Program-made: the position numbers and the translations under genes | Shown: piece by piece, positions 9,094-19,140 of the stretch | Numbering within the stretch: position 1 is the first letter of the stretch | Layout: each line of letters opens with the position of its first letter | Assembly: GCA_944351395.1 (NCBI GenBank) | Contig: CALVPP010000003.1 | Location: 1-52,257 of the forward strand | DNA length: 52,257 nucleotides | Source: an uncultured Bacilli bacterium | Lineage (GTDB): Bacteria > Bacillota_I > Bacilli_A > RFN20 > CAG-826 | Direction of reading: 5' to 3' | Notes under the pieces: model-generated | What the model saw: only the letters and a program-made list of their open reading frames with translations | The model's database searches: none | Told to the model about the DNA's origin: nothing

Positions 9094-10863
9094 TTACTTA
9101 ACTGAAATATTATCTAGCTTATCTTTAATGCGCTTTGCTACTTCCTTTGGAACAACTTGACTGAGTTCTTCTAAAGACGCCTCCTGGATTTTTTCGACAC
9201 TACCATAAAGAGTGAGTAGTTTCATCTTTCTTTTTTCACCTAATCCTTCGACATCATCTAGAGGCGAAGAGAACAAAGATTTTGACCTTCTTTGATGATG
9301 AAAACTAATAGCGAATCTATGCACTTCATCTTGCATGCGGACTAGGAGGAAAAATAATTTTTGATCGCTATCAAGAGAATAGATATTTTCATTTTGATCG
9401 ATCAAACCTTTCGTATTGTGATGTTGATCCTTAAATAAACCAAAAACAGGAATACGACATTTTAATTCTAAAAGAACTTCGTTTGCTGCTCTTATTTGAT
9501 TCACACCACCATCGACAAGAATGAGATCAGGAAGAGTTTGATTTTCTTCTAATAGACGATGATAACGACGGTAGATGACTTCTTTCATGCTCAATAAATC
9601 ATCCTTCTTAACGATATTTTCTAAATTATATTTACGGTACATCTTTTTATTCGGTAGACCATTTATGAAAGCAACCATCGCTCCTACGGCTTCATCACCT
9701 TGGAGATGCGAGTTATCAAATAACTCGATGCGATATGGTGTGGCTATATGTAAAATTTCACCTAATCTTTCTATCAAGGCGATATTATCATCTTCTAATC
9801 GAGCAGTTTGAAAATGAAGTATCAATCCCTCAACTGCATTCTTTTGAGCCATAAGTAAAATGTCGTAAAGTTTACCACTTTGCGGATGAATAATTTTAGC
9901 ATCGTCACAAAATTCATCTAAAATTCTTTTCAATTCATCATCACCGACGATAATTTCTTTAGGTAATTCATTGTTAAGGTAATATTGTTCGATGAGACTA
10001 GCAACGTCATCATATAGTTCAAAGATGAGAGGTGCGGTAATCGTATTTTTGCCTAACAAGACACCTTTTTTATAAGTTAAAATAGCGATTGTAACGTAAC
10101 CCTCTTTACTAGAAAAAGCGATGATGTCGCGATCGACACGATCATTCATTTCAACCCGTTGTGTATCATTGATATGATCGATGGACAGAATCATCTTTTT
10201 AATGCGATTTGCTCCTTCGAAATCGAGTTTTTCAGATAGCCTTTTCATCTTCTCGATTAGAGAGTTTTTTTCTTCCTTATTATCGCCATTTAAAAAACGT
10301 TTAATTCTTTCGACTAAAATTGCGTATTCTTCCTCATTTATCACATTGATACAAGGGGCGAGACATTCATGCATATGATAGTATAAACAAGGCTTTTTAG
10401 GCAATTTTTGGCATTTTCTTAGTGGAAAGATAGTATTTAGTATATCGATCATTTCATAGCATGCGTTACTTGACGGGAATGGTCCGAAATATATTGTATT
10501 TCTATCATTCTTTTTCCTCGCTATTTGAAGGTAAGGATCTTTATTCTTTTTAAGTGCGATATAAGGATAATGTTTGTCATCTTTTAAAAGAATATTAAAC
10601 TTCGGATAATAGGTTTGAATGAGATTCAATTCTAATATCAAAGCTTCTTTTTCTGAACGCGTCACTATCGTTTCAAAGTCTTCTATTTCTAAGACCATTT
10701 TCATGACTTTTCCAACCTGTGGTCTTAAAAAATATTGGCTAACACGATTCTTTAAATTTTTTGCTTTACCAACATATATGACATGATGTGCTTTATCATA
10801 CATCAAATAGACGCCAGGATTGGTCACTAAATTGTGTATCTTTACTTTCAAATTTTCATTCAT
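9094..10863 (-). CDS. uvrC: Excinuclease ABC subunit C
   Basis: GIY-YIG (PGVYLM..IYVGKAKNLKNRV), Cys cluster, RIELFDNSH, PDLILVDGG, QDEVHRFAI, HhH tail; start re-assigned to ATG 10863 (MNENLK). Confidence 0.97.
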   Translation of the reverse strand: MNENLKVKIHNLVTNPGVYLMYDKAHHVIYVGKAKNLKNRVSQYFLRPQVGKVMKMVLEIEDFETIVTRSEKEALILELNLIQTYYPKFNILLKDDKHYPYIALKKNKDPYLQIARKKNDRNTIYFGPFPSSNACYEMIDILNTIFPLRKCQKLPKKPCLYYHMHECLAPCINVINEEEYAILVERIKRFLNGDNKEEKNSLIEKMKRLSEKLDFEGANRIKKMILSIDHINDTQRVEMNDRVDRDIIAFSSKEGYVTIAILTYKKGVLLGKNTITAPLIFELYDDVASLIEQYYLNNELPKEIIVGDDELKRILDEFCDDAKIIHPQSGKLYDILLMAQKNAVEGLILHFQTARLEDDNIALIERLGEILHIATPYRIELFDNSHLQGDEAVGAMVAFINGLPNKKMYRKYNLENIVKKDDLLSMKEVIYRRYHRLLEENQTLPDLILVDGGVNQIRAANEVLLELKCRIPVFGLFKDQHHNTKGLIDQNENIYSLDSDQKLFFLLVRMQDEVHRFAISFHHQRRSKSLFSSPLDDVEGLGEKRKMKLLTLYGSVEKIQEASLEELSQVVPKEVAKRIKDKLDNISVK

Positions 10864-10870
10864 GATAAAT

Positions 10871-10879
10871 ATTTTATCA
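10871..10879 (-). promoter_or_regulatory. Extended -10 promoter of uvrC, probable leaderless transcript
   Basis: TGaTAAAAT 7 nt upstream of the ATG at 10863; no SD. Confidence 0.6.
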
Positions 10880-10937
10880 CACTTTCTACAATTCATGTGC
10901 CATAGTGATGTTCTTTTTGTGTATTATATTAGTGAGC

Positions 10938-11867
10938 ATGTATACTTTAAAATTTGATGAACAACAGCTTTCAAAATTAAAAGAAAAGTACGAACGTTGG
11001 TTAGATGAAACAGTTCACAGACCGTATCTACTTTACTCTTTTGCTTTGCCAAACGCTAAAATTGACGTTTATAAAAAAAACAAAAAAGGCTATCATAGCG
11101 TCAACTTTTATGGTAGTGATGCATATTCAATAGCGAAAGAATATGATGAAAATATCATTAGTAATAATGATATAACTGATGCAAAAAATGACTCTATTTA
11201 CGATTTAGGCGAACAATGTGGTTCAGATGAGGTCGGTGCTGGTGACTTCTTCGGCCCTCTTATCGTCACCGCGGTTTATCTCGATGAAAAAGAGACGAGA
11301 AAATATATTAAATTAGGCTTTACTGATTCTAAAAAATTAAATGATGCGTGGATTTTAAAGAATGTTCCTAAAATTCTTAAAAGCGTACGCTACTCATCTT
11401 TGACTCTCGATAATAAAAAATATAACGAACTCGTCGCTAAAGGTTTAAATCTTAATGAGTTAAAAGCTATATTGCATAATCGGGCTTTGTATAATCTTCA
11501 TGAACGATATCCTGAAGTAAAACATTTTTATGTCGATAAGTTTTGCAGTGAACAACTTTTCTATAAATATATTAAGGATGAAACTAAGCAAATGAATTCT
11601 ATCGTGTTTAAAGTTCATGGGGAGTCTCATTATCCTTCTATCGCAATTGCGAGTTGTATCGCGAGATATTCATTTTTGAAACATAAATCTGAGATGGAAA
11701 AACGATATCATTTTTCTTTTCCAAATGGTGCTAGCGAAAAAGTGATTCAAGCCGGTATATCTTTTAAAAAAGAATTTGGGCGAGAAAAATTTAATGATGT
11801 AGCAAAGCTACATTTTAAAACTTTAAAGACGATTTTAGAAAGGGATGAAAATGATGAAAATAACTAA
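10938..11867 (+). CDS. rnhC: Ribonuclease HIII
   Basis: GSDEVGAGDFFGP, DSKKL, YVDKF, AIASCIAR, AKLHFKT, plus the N-terminal extension typical of RNase HIII; probable start ATG 10938. Confidence 0.93.
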   Translation: MYTLKFDEQQLSKLKEKYERWLDETVHRPYLLYSFALPNAKIDVYKKNKKGYHSVNFYGSDAYSIAKEYDENIISNNDITDAKNDSIYDLGEQCGSDEVGAGDFFGPLIVTAVYLDEKETRKYIKLGFTDSKKLNDAWILKNVPKILKSVRYSSLTLDNKKYNELVAKGLNLNELKAILHNRALYNLHERYPEVKHFYVDKFCSEQLFYKYIKDETKQMNSIVFKVHGESHYPSIAIASCIARYSFLKHKSEMEKRYHFSFPNGASEKVIQAGISFKKEFGREKFNDVAKLHFKTLKTILERDENDENN

Positions 11868-13392
11868 ATACATCGCTATGTTAATCTTTTCATTAGCGTT
11901 AAGTGGCTGTGAGCCGCCTTTACCACCTACACCGCCACCTGATGAATTAACTGTAAATATTTTAAAAGATGAAGCTAATCTTCGACCAGGTTTATCTTAT
12001 GTTCTAGATTACGAGATTGAAGGCGAATACACGCTCGATGAAATTACTATTACTTCTAACGATGAAAATATCGTAGATATTGATGAGAAAAATAAATTAA
12101 TCGCTAAAAATGAAGGTAATTCAATAGTCACTGTTTCTGTTGGCAATGTGAGTGATTCTATTTCACTTCACGTCTTAGACCAAACTACTAATTCCGATTA
12201 TGAGAAACGAATTTCTTCGATGAAAAAAACGAACGCTATTCCAACGATTGATGATGTGAGTCCTTTAATTATCACGACGCTAGACAAATCTTTTAAACTT
12301 TCAAGCCTTCATAATCCATTGAGTCATGAAGAAATTAAGACAATAGAAATTATCACGGTTGAGCAGCCAGTCGAATATGGTGATGCTTATATCATCTCGC
12401 TAGATGATATTTCTATTGTGATGGACATGGGAAACTATAGTAGCAATTATTTTGACGATGGAACGAGATATGGCGATTATCTTAAAGATTTATATGATCA
12501 ATATATCCCAGACCACGAATTAGATTTACTCATCACTACTCACCCCCATAGCGACCATTACGGCGGATACGACGCTTTGCTTTCTTCCATAAACGATATT
12601 CGCTTCATCGTCGATTATGGATATTCTGATGCCTATAGATACATAAACGATGTAAGAGAATATTACGTAAGTAAGGGCGCTACATACTTCTCAATATATG
12701 ACTGTGTCCATGAAAAAAATGGTGCACAAAAAAGATTTTATCTTGCTCCTAACTGTTTCATCGATTGGTTAGATACTGGTTTATATACTGAAAACATTGA
12801 AAGTCCAACTAAATATAGCGATGAAAATGTCACTTCCACTGTCGGTATACTTACTTTTAATAATTTTTCTTTCCTCTTCAATGGTGATTTACAAGGTGAA
12901 GCAAGTTATGGCGATCGTGGGGTAGATGGTGAAGCTAATTTAATTAAAATGAACGCTGATAATGAGAATTTTCATCAAGTGACAATGTTAAAAGTAGCTC
13001 ATCATGGTTCTTATTTGGCAACTAGCTATAGCCTATTAAATATTTTAAATCCACAACTCGCTAGCATCTCTGCTGGTGGTCCAAGTGATGATGAATATTA
13101 TAATGGCGAATATGGTATTTGTGGCGGCCATCCGCATGATCAAACAATCGAAAGATTATATAATTATGGAAATAGAAGGCATACGGAAGTATATCTTAAC
13201 TACGTTAACGGCACGACTCATTTTATAAGTGATGGTCTAGATAGCGTCTACATGTCCGGTAGTCCATTAAAAAGTGACCTTTGGGGGTCACGCAACGGGA
13301 TGGAAGTTAATTACACAGTAACAGAGACGACAGACATGTTCAACGAGCTTCGCGATACTAAATATTACGAAACGTGTTTTCTTTCACGTTAA
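11845..13392 (+). CDS. Lipoprotein with an Ig-like domain and a ComEC/Rec2-type metallo-beta-lactamase (putative nuclease) domain
   Basis: Lipobox LALSGC, Pro-rich linker, Big_2-like segment (TSNDENIVDIDE...GNSIVTV), DMG, THPHSDHYGG, NGD, KVAHHGS, GHPH; true start may be ATG 11851 or 11854. Confidence 0.85.
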   Translation: MKMMKITKYIAMLIFSLALSGCEPPLPPTPPPDELTVNILKDEANLRPGLSYVLDYEIEGEYTLDEITITSNDENIVDIDEKNKLIAKNEGNSIVTVSVGNVSDSISLHVLDQTTNSDYEKRISSMKKTNAIPTIDDVSPLIITTLDKSFKLSSLHNPLSHEEIKTIEIITVEQPVEYGDAYIISLDDISIVMDMGNYSSNYFDDGTRYGDYLKDLYDQYIPDHELDLLITTHPHSDHYGGYDALLSSINDIRFIVDYGYSDAYRYINDVREYYVSKGATYFSIYDCVHEKNGAQKRFYLAPNCFIDWLDTGLYTENIESPTKYSDENVTSTVGILTFNNFSFLFNGDLQGEASYGDRGVDGEANLIKMNADNENFHQVTMLKVAHHGSYLATSYSLLNILNPQLASISAGGPSDDEYYNGEYGICGGHPHDQTIERLYNYGNRRHTEVYLNYVNGTTHFISDGLDSVYMSGSPLKSDLWGSRNGMEVNYTVTETTDMFNELRDTKYYETCFLSR

Positions 13393-14289
13393 TTTATTAA
13401 GTACTTCTAAGAAATATTGAGGTAAGGGTATTTCGAATATCATCTCTCTTTCGTCTTTTGGGCGTTTAAAGACGATTTTATAGGCATGGAGCAATTGCCC
13501 ATTATCGTAAAGTGAGGATTTACCGCCATAAAGATTATCTCCGACAATTGGATGATCGATAAATGCCATGTGTGCACGAATTTGGTGCGTTCTACCAGTT
13601 TTTAAATCAAGAGACAATAAAGTATAACCGTGATATCTTTCTTTCACCTCGTAACGCGTTATTGCCTCTTTTCCGCCTTTTTTGACTTTCATACGTAGGC
13701 GATTTTTTTCATCGCGACCAATTGGAGCGTCAATTTCACCAAAATTATTCGTAAAATTACCTTTGACGAGAGCGAGGTAGCTCCTATGCATAGTATGCGT
13801 TTCTAATTGTTTGGCGATATAATGATGTGCTTCATCGTTTTTACACACTAATAATAGTCCAGACGTTTCTTTATCGATACGATGGACGATACCAGGGCGA
13901 AAAGTACCATTAATTTTAGAGAGACTAGAAGAATAATATGCAAGAGCGTTCGCAAGTGTATGTTCTTTGTTTCCAGCACCTGGATGCACTACTAAACCTT
14001 TAGGTTTATTGATTAGTATAAGATCTTCATCTTCATAGACAATATCTAGAGGAATGTTTTCTTTTTTTAAGTCGTATTCTTTCTTTTCTTCTTTTAAAGG
14101 GTCGAAATTTAAACTGATTTCGTCTCCCTCTTTTAATTTGTAACCATTTTTTGAAGAATTACCGTTTAAAAATATTTTTCCATCGTCAATCAAAGTTTGA
14201 ATGACTTGACGTTTCATTCCTAATTTATCTTTAAGATAATTATCTAACCTAAGACCGACGTCTTCTTTACTTACTACTATCTTCTCCAC
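13384..14289 (-). CDS. rluD: RluA/RluD-family 23S rRNA pseudouridine synthase
   Basis: S4 domain (RLDNYL), NKPKGLVVHP, GIVHRIDKETSG, TGRTHQIR; follows lspA. Confidence 0.93.
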   Translation of the reverse strand: MEKIVVSKEDVGLRLDNYLKDKLGMKRQVIQTLIDDGKIFLNGNSSKNGYKLKEGDEISLNFDPLKEEKKEYDLKKENIPLDIVYEDEDLILINKPKGLVVHPGAGNKEHTLANALAYYSSSLSKINGTFRPGIVHRIDKETSGLLLVCKNDEAHHYIAKQLETHTMHRSYLALVKGNFTNNFGEIDAPIGRDEKNRLRMKVKKGGKEAITRYEVKERYHGYTLLSLDLKTGRTHQIRAHMAFIDHPIVGDNLYGGKSSLYDNGQLLHAYKIVFKRPKDEREMIFEIPLPQYFLEVLNKLT

Positions 14290-14956
14290 TATTGTCTTCC
14301 TCTTTTAAATCGAGATTTTTCGTCACTTTTTTCTCTTCTTCGAGTTGTTTAGACATCTTTTCAATTTCATCAGATGTATAAACACGTCTGATTTCTTTTC
14401 GGCTACTAGGATTAGACGCTTCTAAATCTTTTTTCTCTTTCGCTTTCTCCATGTAGTCTTTAATTTCTATGACGATGAGATAGATGACGATGATGATGAT
14501 ACCTACGACGAGATATGCATCAGCTAAATTGAAGACCGGGAAGAAATAATCACCAAATTGGAAGCCAATCCAATCGATGACGCCTAATTCATAAAATGTA
14601 CGATCGATCATATTACCCATCGTACCTGCTAAAATTAAAGCTAACATTGCTTTATAAAATTTATTGAGTTTTTTGTACTTCCAGACGTAGAAAGCGATGA
14701 TGATAGCGCTGGCAAGCCAAGAGACGACAGTGAGAATGATATGCCCGACTTCACCACCAAAAAGCCCCCAAGCCATGCCAGTATTATAAGTTAAGGTGAC
14801 ATAAAGAAAGTTTGGGATTAAATAAATTTTATCTCCTAAAGGAATGTAATTTTGACATAATAATTTCGTCATGAGATCGATTAAAAATGCTAAGACGAAA
14901 AGCCAAACAAAAGAGAAGAAGAACCATTTTCCGTAAGTTTTAATTTTATTATTCAT
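14267..14956 (-). CDS. lspA: Lipoprotein signal peptidase II with a charged C-terminal tail
   Basis: YNTGMAWG, GTMGNMIDR, VIDWI, FPVFNLAD; ATG 14956 preceded by GGAG. Confidence 0.94.
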   Translation of the reverse strand: MNNKIKTYGKWFFFSFVWLFVLAFLIDLMTKLLCQNYIPLGDKIYLIPNFLYVTLTYNTGMAWGLFGGEVGHIILTVVSWLASAIIIAFYVWKYKKLNKFYKAMLALILAGTMGNMIDRTFYELGVIDWIGFQFGDYFFPVFNLADAYLVVGIIIIVIYLIVIEIKDYMEKAKEKKDLEASNPSSRKEIRRVYTSDEIEKMSKQLEEEKKVTKNLDLKEEDNSGEDSSK

Positions 14957-17714
14957 GTTTTTCTCCAATATTGTTTAAAACCTCATAGCATCTATCGCAG
15001 ACGACTTCTCCGTCGACGAGATGCGTCTTATTTTCATCGACATAATTCCAACAACGTACACATTTTTTCGTATGTTTGAGATCGTTAGAGCATGAAGAAG
15101 ATACTTCCCCTTCATACATTCCTTCATTTTTCTTATCCTCTAGCGTCAACTTGCTCACGATAAAAAGTCTCGCTAATTCAGCCTCGTCTAATCGTTTTAA
15201 CTGAGAACGTAATTTTTCGTCTTTGACGAATAAATGTACTTCTGCTTCTTGACTAGAGCCAATCAAACCTTGATGGCGTTTCATCTCAAGTTCTTTTAAG
15301 ACATCATCTCGCACTTTTAAGAAAGAAGAATATAATTCGCTCAAACGTTCATCAACCGCTACTTTTTCTGGATATGGATAGTAGGTAGGGTTGTCTTTTG
15401 TATGACCTGGTAAATATTTATTTACTTCATACATCGTAAATGGAAGAATCGGATTAAGTAAACGCATGGAAGTGTATAAGACCTCATAAATTGTCGCTTG
15501 CACTTCTTTTCTTCTCACTGAATTTACATCTTCGCAATATAAAATATCTTTCGTAATATCAAGATAAAAACTCGACATATCAAAACTCAAAAAAGTGAGC
15601 ATTTTTGACATTGCACTTGCAAAATCAAAATTGTTCATCGCATCGATGAAATCATTTTGCACTATATGCAATTTGTTCAAGATGAGAGAATCTATGAAAC
15701 TACGAGATGTTATCATGTTCTTAGGATCAAAACCTTCATTTAGATTGCCGAGTAAAAAGCGGAAAGTATTGCGCAATTTACGATAAATCTCACTACACTG
15801 CTTGATGATATCATCGCTAATACGCATATCTTGGTCGTAACTTATGGTCGAGGTATATAATCTTAAGACGTCCGCACCATAGACATTGACTATTTCGTTT
15901 GGATTTACACCATTGCCTAAAGATTTAGACATCTTACGTAAATTTTCATCGACGACCCAGCCATGTGAAATGACTTGTTTATAAGGGGCTTTATCAAAAC
16001 AAGCGACAGAACAAATTAAAGAAGAATTAAACCATCCACGATACTGGTCGCTGCCTTCTAAATATAAATCAGCAGGATAATGTTCTTTTCTATCGATTAA
16101 AGCATAAGCAAAAGAAGAACCGCTATCGAACCAAACATCCATGATATCTTTTTCTTTATGGAATTCACCATTAGGTGAATGTTCATTTTTATAACCTTCT
16201 GGTAATAATTCCTTCGCTTCTTTTTCAAACCAGACGTCAGAGCCGTATTTATCAAATAAATCAGAGATGTGATCAAACACCTCTTCTTCCATGATTGGCG
16301 TTTCATCCTCACAATAGATGATAGGAATCGGCACACCCCAAAGTCTTTGGCGAGATATGCACCAGTCATTACGATCTTTAATCATGTTAGCCATGCGTGT
16401 TTCGCCCCAACTTGGTTTCCATTTTACTTCTTTTATCGCATCCAACAACTTTTCTTTTAAAGGTTCGATTTTGAAGAACCATTGAGGTGTAGCGCGGAAG
16501 ATAAGAGGTTTTTTCGTCCTCCAATCGTGTGGGTATGAGTGGACGAATTTAGAGACAGCAAGTAAAGAATTATTTTCTTTTAGCATCTCTAACACTACTT
16601 CATTCGCGTCCTCGTAAAATAATCCTTGTAGTCTAGGACCCACTGAATCATCAAATTTGCCGACGCTATCGACTGGACAATAGATGGGAAGATGATATTT
16701 TAAGGAGACGACATAGTCTTCTAGACCATGTCCAGGTGCGGTATGAACGAGTCCAGTACCAGCATCATCCGTCACGTGTTCCCCGACGATGACGAGCGAT
16801 TCTTTATCGCTATATAAAGGATGATAGCACGTGATACCTTCCAATTCTTCGCCTTTAAATCTCTTTAATAATTTGACATTTTCTAGTCTTAATTCTTCGA
16901 TTAATCTATCTTTAAATTTCTCTAAAATGAGAATTTTTCCTTTATTAGTTTCATAAAGCCCATAGACGAAGCGAGGATGGACGCTTATCGCTAGATTAGC
17001 AGGGATTGTCCAAGGTGTAGTCGTCCAAATGACGAGTTTAGAGTCATTATCTAATAAACCCTTTCCATCTTTTACATCGAAAGCCACATAAATTGAATAA
17101 GATTCGACGTCATGATATTCAATCTCCGCTTCCGCTAGAGCAGATTCACTACTCGGTGACCAATAAACAGGCTTAAATCCTTTATAGATATAGCCTTTAA
17201 GAGCCATGGTTTTAAATAAACGTATTTGCGTCGCTTCATAATGCTTATCGAGCGTAAGATAAGGATGCTTAAAGTCACCAACGACGCCAAGTCTTTGGAA
17301 TTGATTGCGTTGTACATCTACTTGACTTAAAGCATAATCGTGACAATGTTTTCTAAATTCGTTCACCGGTGTCGTCTTACGATTCACGCCACTTTTCGTC
17401 ACTTTCACTTCGATCGGTAAGCCGTGTGTATCCCAACCTGGAACGAAAGGAGTATAAAAGCCACTCATATTGCGATGACGAATGATGATATCTTTTAAAA
17501 TACGATTGACCGTCGTCCCGCAATGAATCGCCCCATTAGCGTAAGGAGGGCCATCGTGAAGAACGAAAGATAAATCTTTTGATTTATTTTCATTCATTTT
17601 AAAGAATAAATCATCCTCTTCCCATTCTTTTAAGAAAATAGGCTCTTTTTTACTAAGATTACCTCTCATCTCGAAATCAGTCTTCGGCATCTTTAACGTC
17701 TCTTTGATGTTCAT
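14949..17714 (-). CDS. ileS: Isoleucyl-tRNA synthetase (type 1)
   Basis: DGPPYANG, PGWDTHGLP, WTTTPWT, DWCISRQR, EGSDQYRGWF, KMSKS, C-terminal CxxC...CxxC; upstream T-box has an Ile specifier. Confidence 0.98.
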   Translation of the reverse strand: MNIKETLKMPKTDFEMRGNLSKKEPIFLKEWEEDDLFFKMNENKSKDLSFVLHDGPPYANGAIHCGTTVNRILKDIIIRHRNMSGFYTPFVPGWDTHGLPIEVKVTKSGVNRKTTPVNEFRKHCHDYALSQVDVQRNQFQRLGVVGDFKHPYLTLDKHYEATQIRLFKTMALKGYIYKGFKPVYWSPSSESALAEAEIEYHDVESYSIYVAFDVKDGKGLLDNDSKLVIWTTTPWTIPANLAISVHPRFVYGLYETNKGKILILEKFKDRLIEELRLENVKLLKRFKGEELEGITCYHPLYSDKESLVIVGEHVTDDAGTGLVHTAPGHGLEDYVVSLKYHLPIYCPVDSVGKFDDSVGPRLQGLFYEDANEVVLEMLKENNSLLAVSKFVHSYPHDWRTKKPLIFRATPQWFFKIEPLKEKLLDAIKEVKWKPSWGETRMANMIKDRNDWCISRQRLWGVPIPIIYCEDETPIMEEEVFDHISDLFDKYGSDVWFEKEAKELLPEGYKNEHSPNGEFHKEKDIMDVWFDSGSSFAYALIDRKEHYPADLYLEGSDQYRGWFNSSLICSVACFDKAPYKQVISHGWVVDENLRKMSKSLGNGVNPNEIVNVYGADVLRLYTSTISYDQDMRISDDIIKQCSEIYRKLRNTFRFLLGNLNEGFDPKNMITSRSFIDSLILNKLHIVQNDFIDAMNNFDFASAMSKMLTFLSFDMSSFYLDITKDILYCEDVNSVRRKEVQATIYEVLYTSMRLLNPILPFTMYEVNKYLPGHTKDNPTYYPYPEKVAVDERLSELYSSFLKVRDDVLKELEMKRHQGLIGSSQEAEVHLFVKDEKLRSQLKRLDEAELARLFIVSKLTLEDKKNEGMYEGEVSSSCSNDLKHTKKCVRCWNYVDENKTHLVDGEVVCDRCYEVLNNIGEKHE

Positions 17715-17729
17715 AGCTCTTCCTCCTCA

Positions 17730-17985
17730 TCAAGAAATAAAACGTCCTCGCATACGCTAAGGACGTTAATTTTAACGCGGTACCACCTTAGTTCTATATC
17801 TAAAAGATATAGCACTCATTTAAGAATATATAACGGATTCTACCCGGATCGCCTAGTAAGAATTAAATCTTTTCAGCTTTCGGCTAAGAAGTGATACTCA
17901 TTCGATGGCTTAATTACTAGGCTTTCACCAACCCTAGCTCGCTATAAATTAAGATGACATCCGAGCGTGTCTTCTATCATCGCCT
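17730..17985 (-). promoter_or_regulatory. T-box riboswitch (Ile, AUC specifier) with intrinsic terminator
   Basis: AAGGTGGTACCGCG at 17776-17789; Stem I with AGCGA and GGTGAAA motifs; specifier ATC at 17893-17895; terminator AACGTCCTT...GAGGACGTT plus T tract. Confidence 0.95.
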
Positions 17986-17990
17986 TATTG

Positions 17991-18018
17991 ATTATACATG
18001 ATACTAATTGAGATTCAA
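17991..18018 (-). promoter_or_regulatory. Promoter of the ileS leader, overlapping the ftsZ 3' end
   Basis: TTGAAT-16 nt-TATAAT just upstream of T-box Stem I. Confidence 0.6.
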
Positions 18019-19125
18019 ATCTTTTAAATAGCTAGGAAGAATATCATCTTCCTCCTTCTCTTCTTCACATTCATCGTCTTTATCTTCGTCATCGAGATTT
18101 AACGGCTCAATTGGTCGCGAAGAATAAGGCTTGATAGGTGCTTGATATTGCGGGACATTAGTAAAATCATATTCTTCTTGGAAATCGCTCGCGATGACGC
18201 TAGCGAGAATTTGATCATCTAATTCAGCATTGATAGAAACGCCAAATTTGATATCGATTGTCGAACCTGCTGCTTCTATTAATCTATCGACTGTCTCTTG
18301 TGCTTCATATAAAGACACCATCGGTCCACAGGTGATGCTCACGATAGCTTTTCTCGCTCCAGCGATAGAAGCTTCTAATAGAGGTGAATTAATAGCGTTT
18401 TGTGCAGCATCTTGAGCACGATTTGGACCTTCTCCGACACCGAAACCGATAAGAGCGACACCACTATCTTTTAAAGTGTTTCTCACGTCAGCAAAATCGA
18501 GATTGATAATCGCTGGCATGAGGATGAGATCGGTTACCGTCTTCACGGACTGCGCTAAGACGCGATCTGATTCACTAAACGCTTCGCTTATAGCGGAATT
18601 GCCATTGACCATGAGCAATTTATCGTTGCTGACGACGATGATTGCGTCTACTTCTTTTCTTAAATTATTTAAGCCTTCAACGCTATGAGCGATACGCTTT
18701 TTACCTTCAAAGGTAAATGGACGTGTGACGATGGCGATGACGAGAGCGCCTGCTTCTTTTGCGATACGCGCTATGACTGGTGCAGCACCAGTTCCGGTAC
18801 CACCACCCATACCAGCAGCGATGAAGACCATATTCGCCTTATCGACAATTTGTTTGATATCTTCTTCACTCGCTTCGGCTGCTTCTTTTCCGACGCTTGG
18901 TTCACCGCCAGCACCTAGACCATTCGTAATCGATTCACCGAGGATGAGACGATTTCTCGCTCTCGATGTCGATAAAGCCTGTTTATCGGTATTAGCGACG
19001 TAAAATTCGACGTTAGAAATATTTTCGTCAATCATACGATTAACTGCATTATTTCCTGCACCACCAACACCGATGACGATGATACGTGCTGCCGGTTCAA
19101 AATTATCTAAATTGTAACTATCCAT
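18004..19125 (-). CDS. ftsZ: Cell division protein FtsZ
   Basis: GVGGAGNNAV, GMGGGTGTG, RPFTFEG, NLDFADV, C-terminal DILPSYL peptide. Confidence 0.99.
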   Translation of the reverse strand: MDSYNLDNFEPAARIIVIGVGGAGNNAVNRMIDENISNVEFYVANTDKQALSTSRARNRLILGESITNGLGAGGEPSVGKEAAEASEEDIKQIVDKANMVFIAAGMGGGTGTGAAPVIARIAKEAGALVIAIVTRPFTFEGKKRIAHSVEGLNNLRKEVDAIIVVSNDKLLMVNGNSAISEAFSESDRVLAQSVKTVTDLILMPAIINLDFADVRNTLKDSGVALIGFGVGEGPNRAQDAAQNAINSPLLEASIAGARKAIVSITCGPMVSLYEAQETVDRLIEAAGSTIDIKFGVSINAELDDQILASVIASDFQEEYDFTNVPQYQAPIKPYSSRPIEPLNLDDEDKDDECEEEKEEDDILPSYLKDLNLN

Positions 19126-19140
19126 AATTGTTCATCCTCC

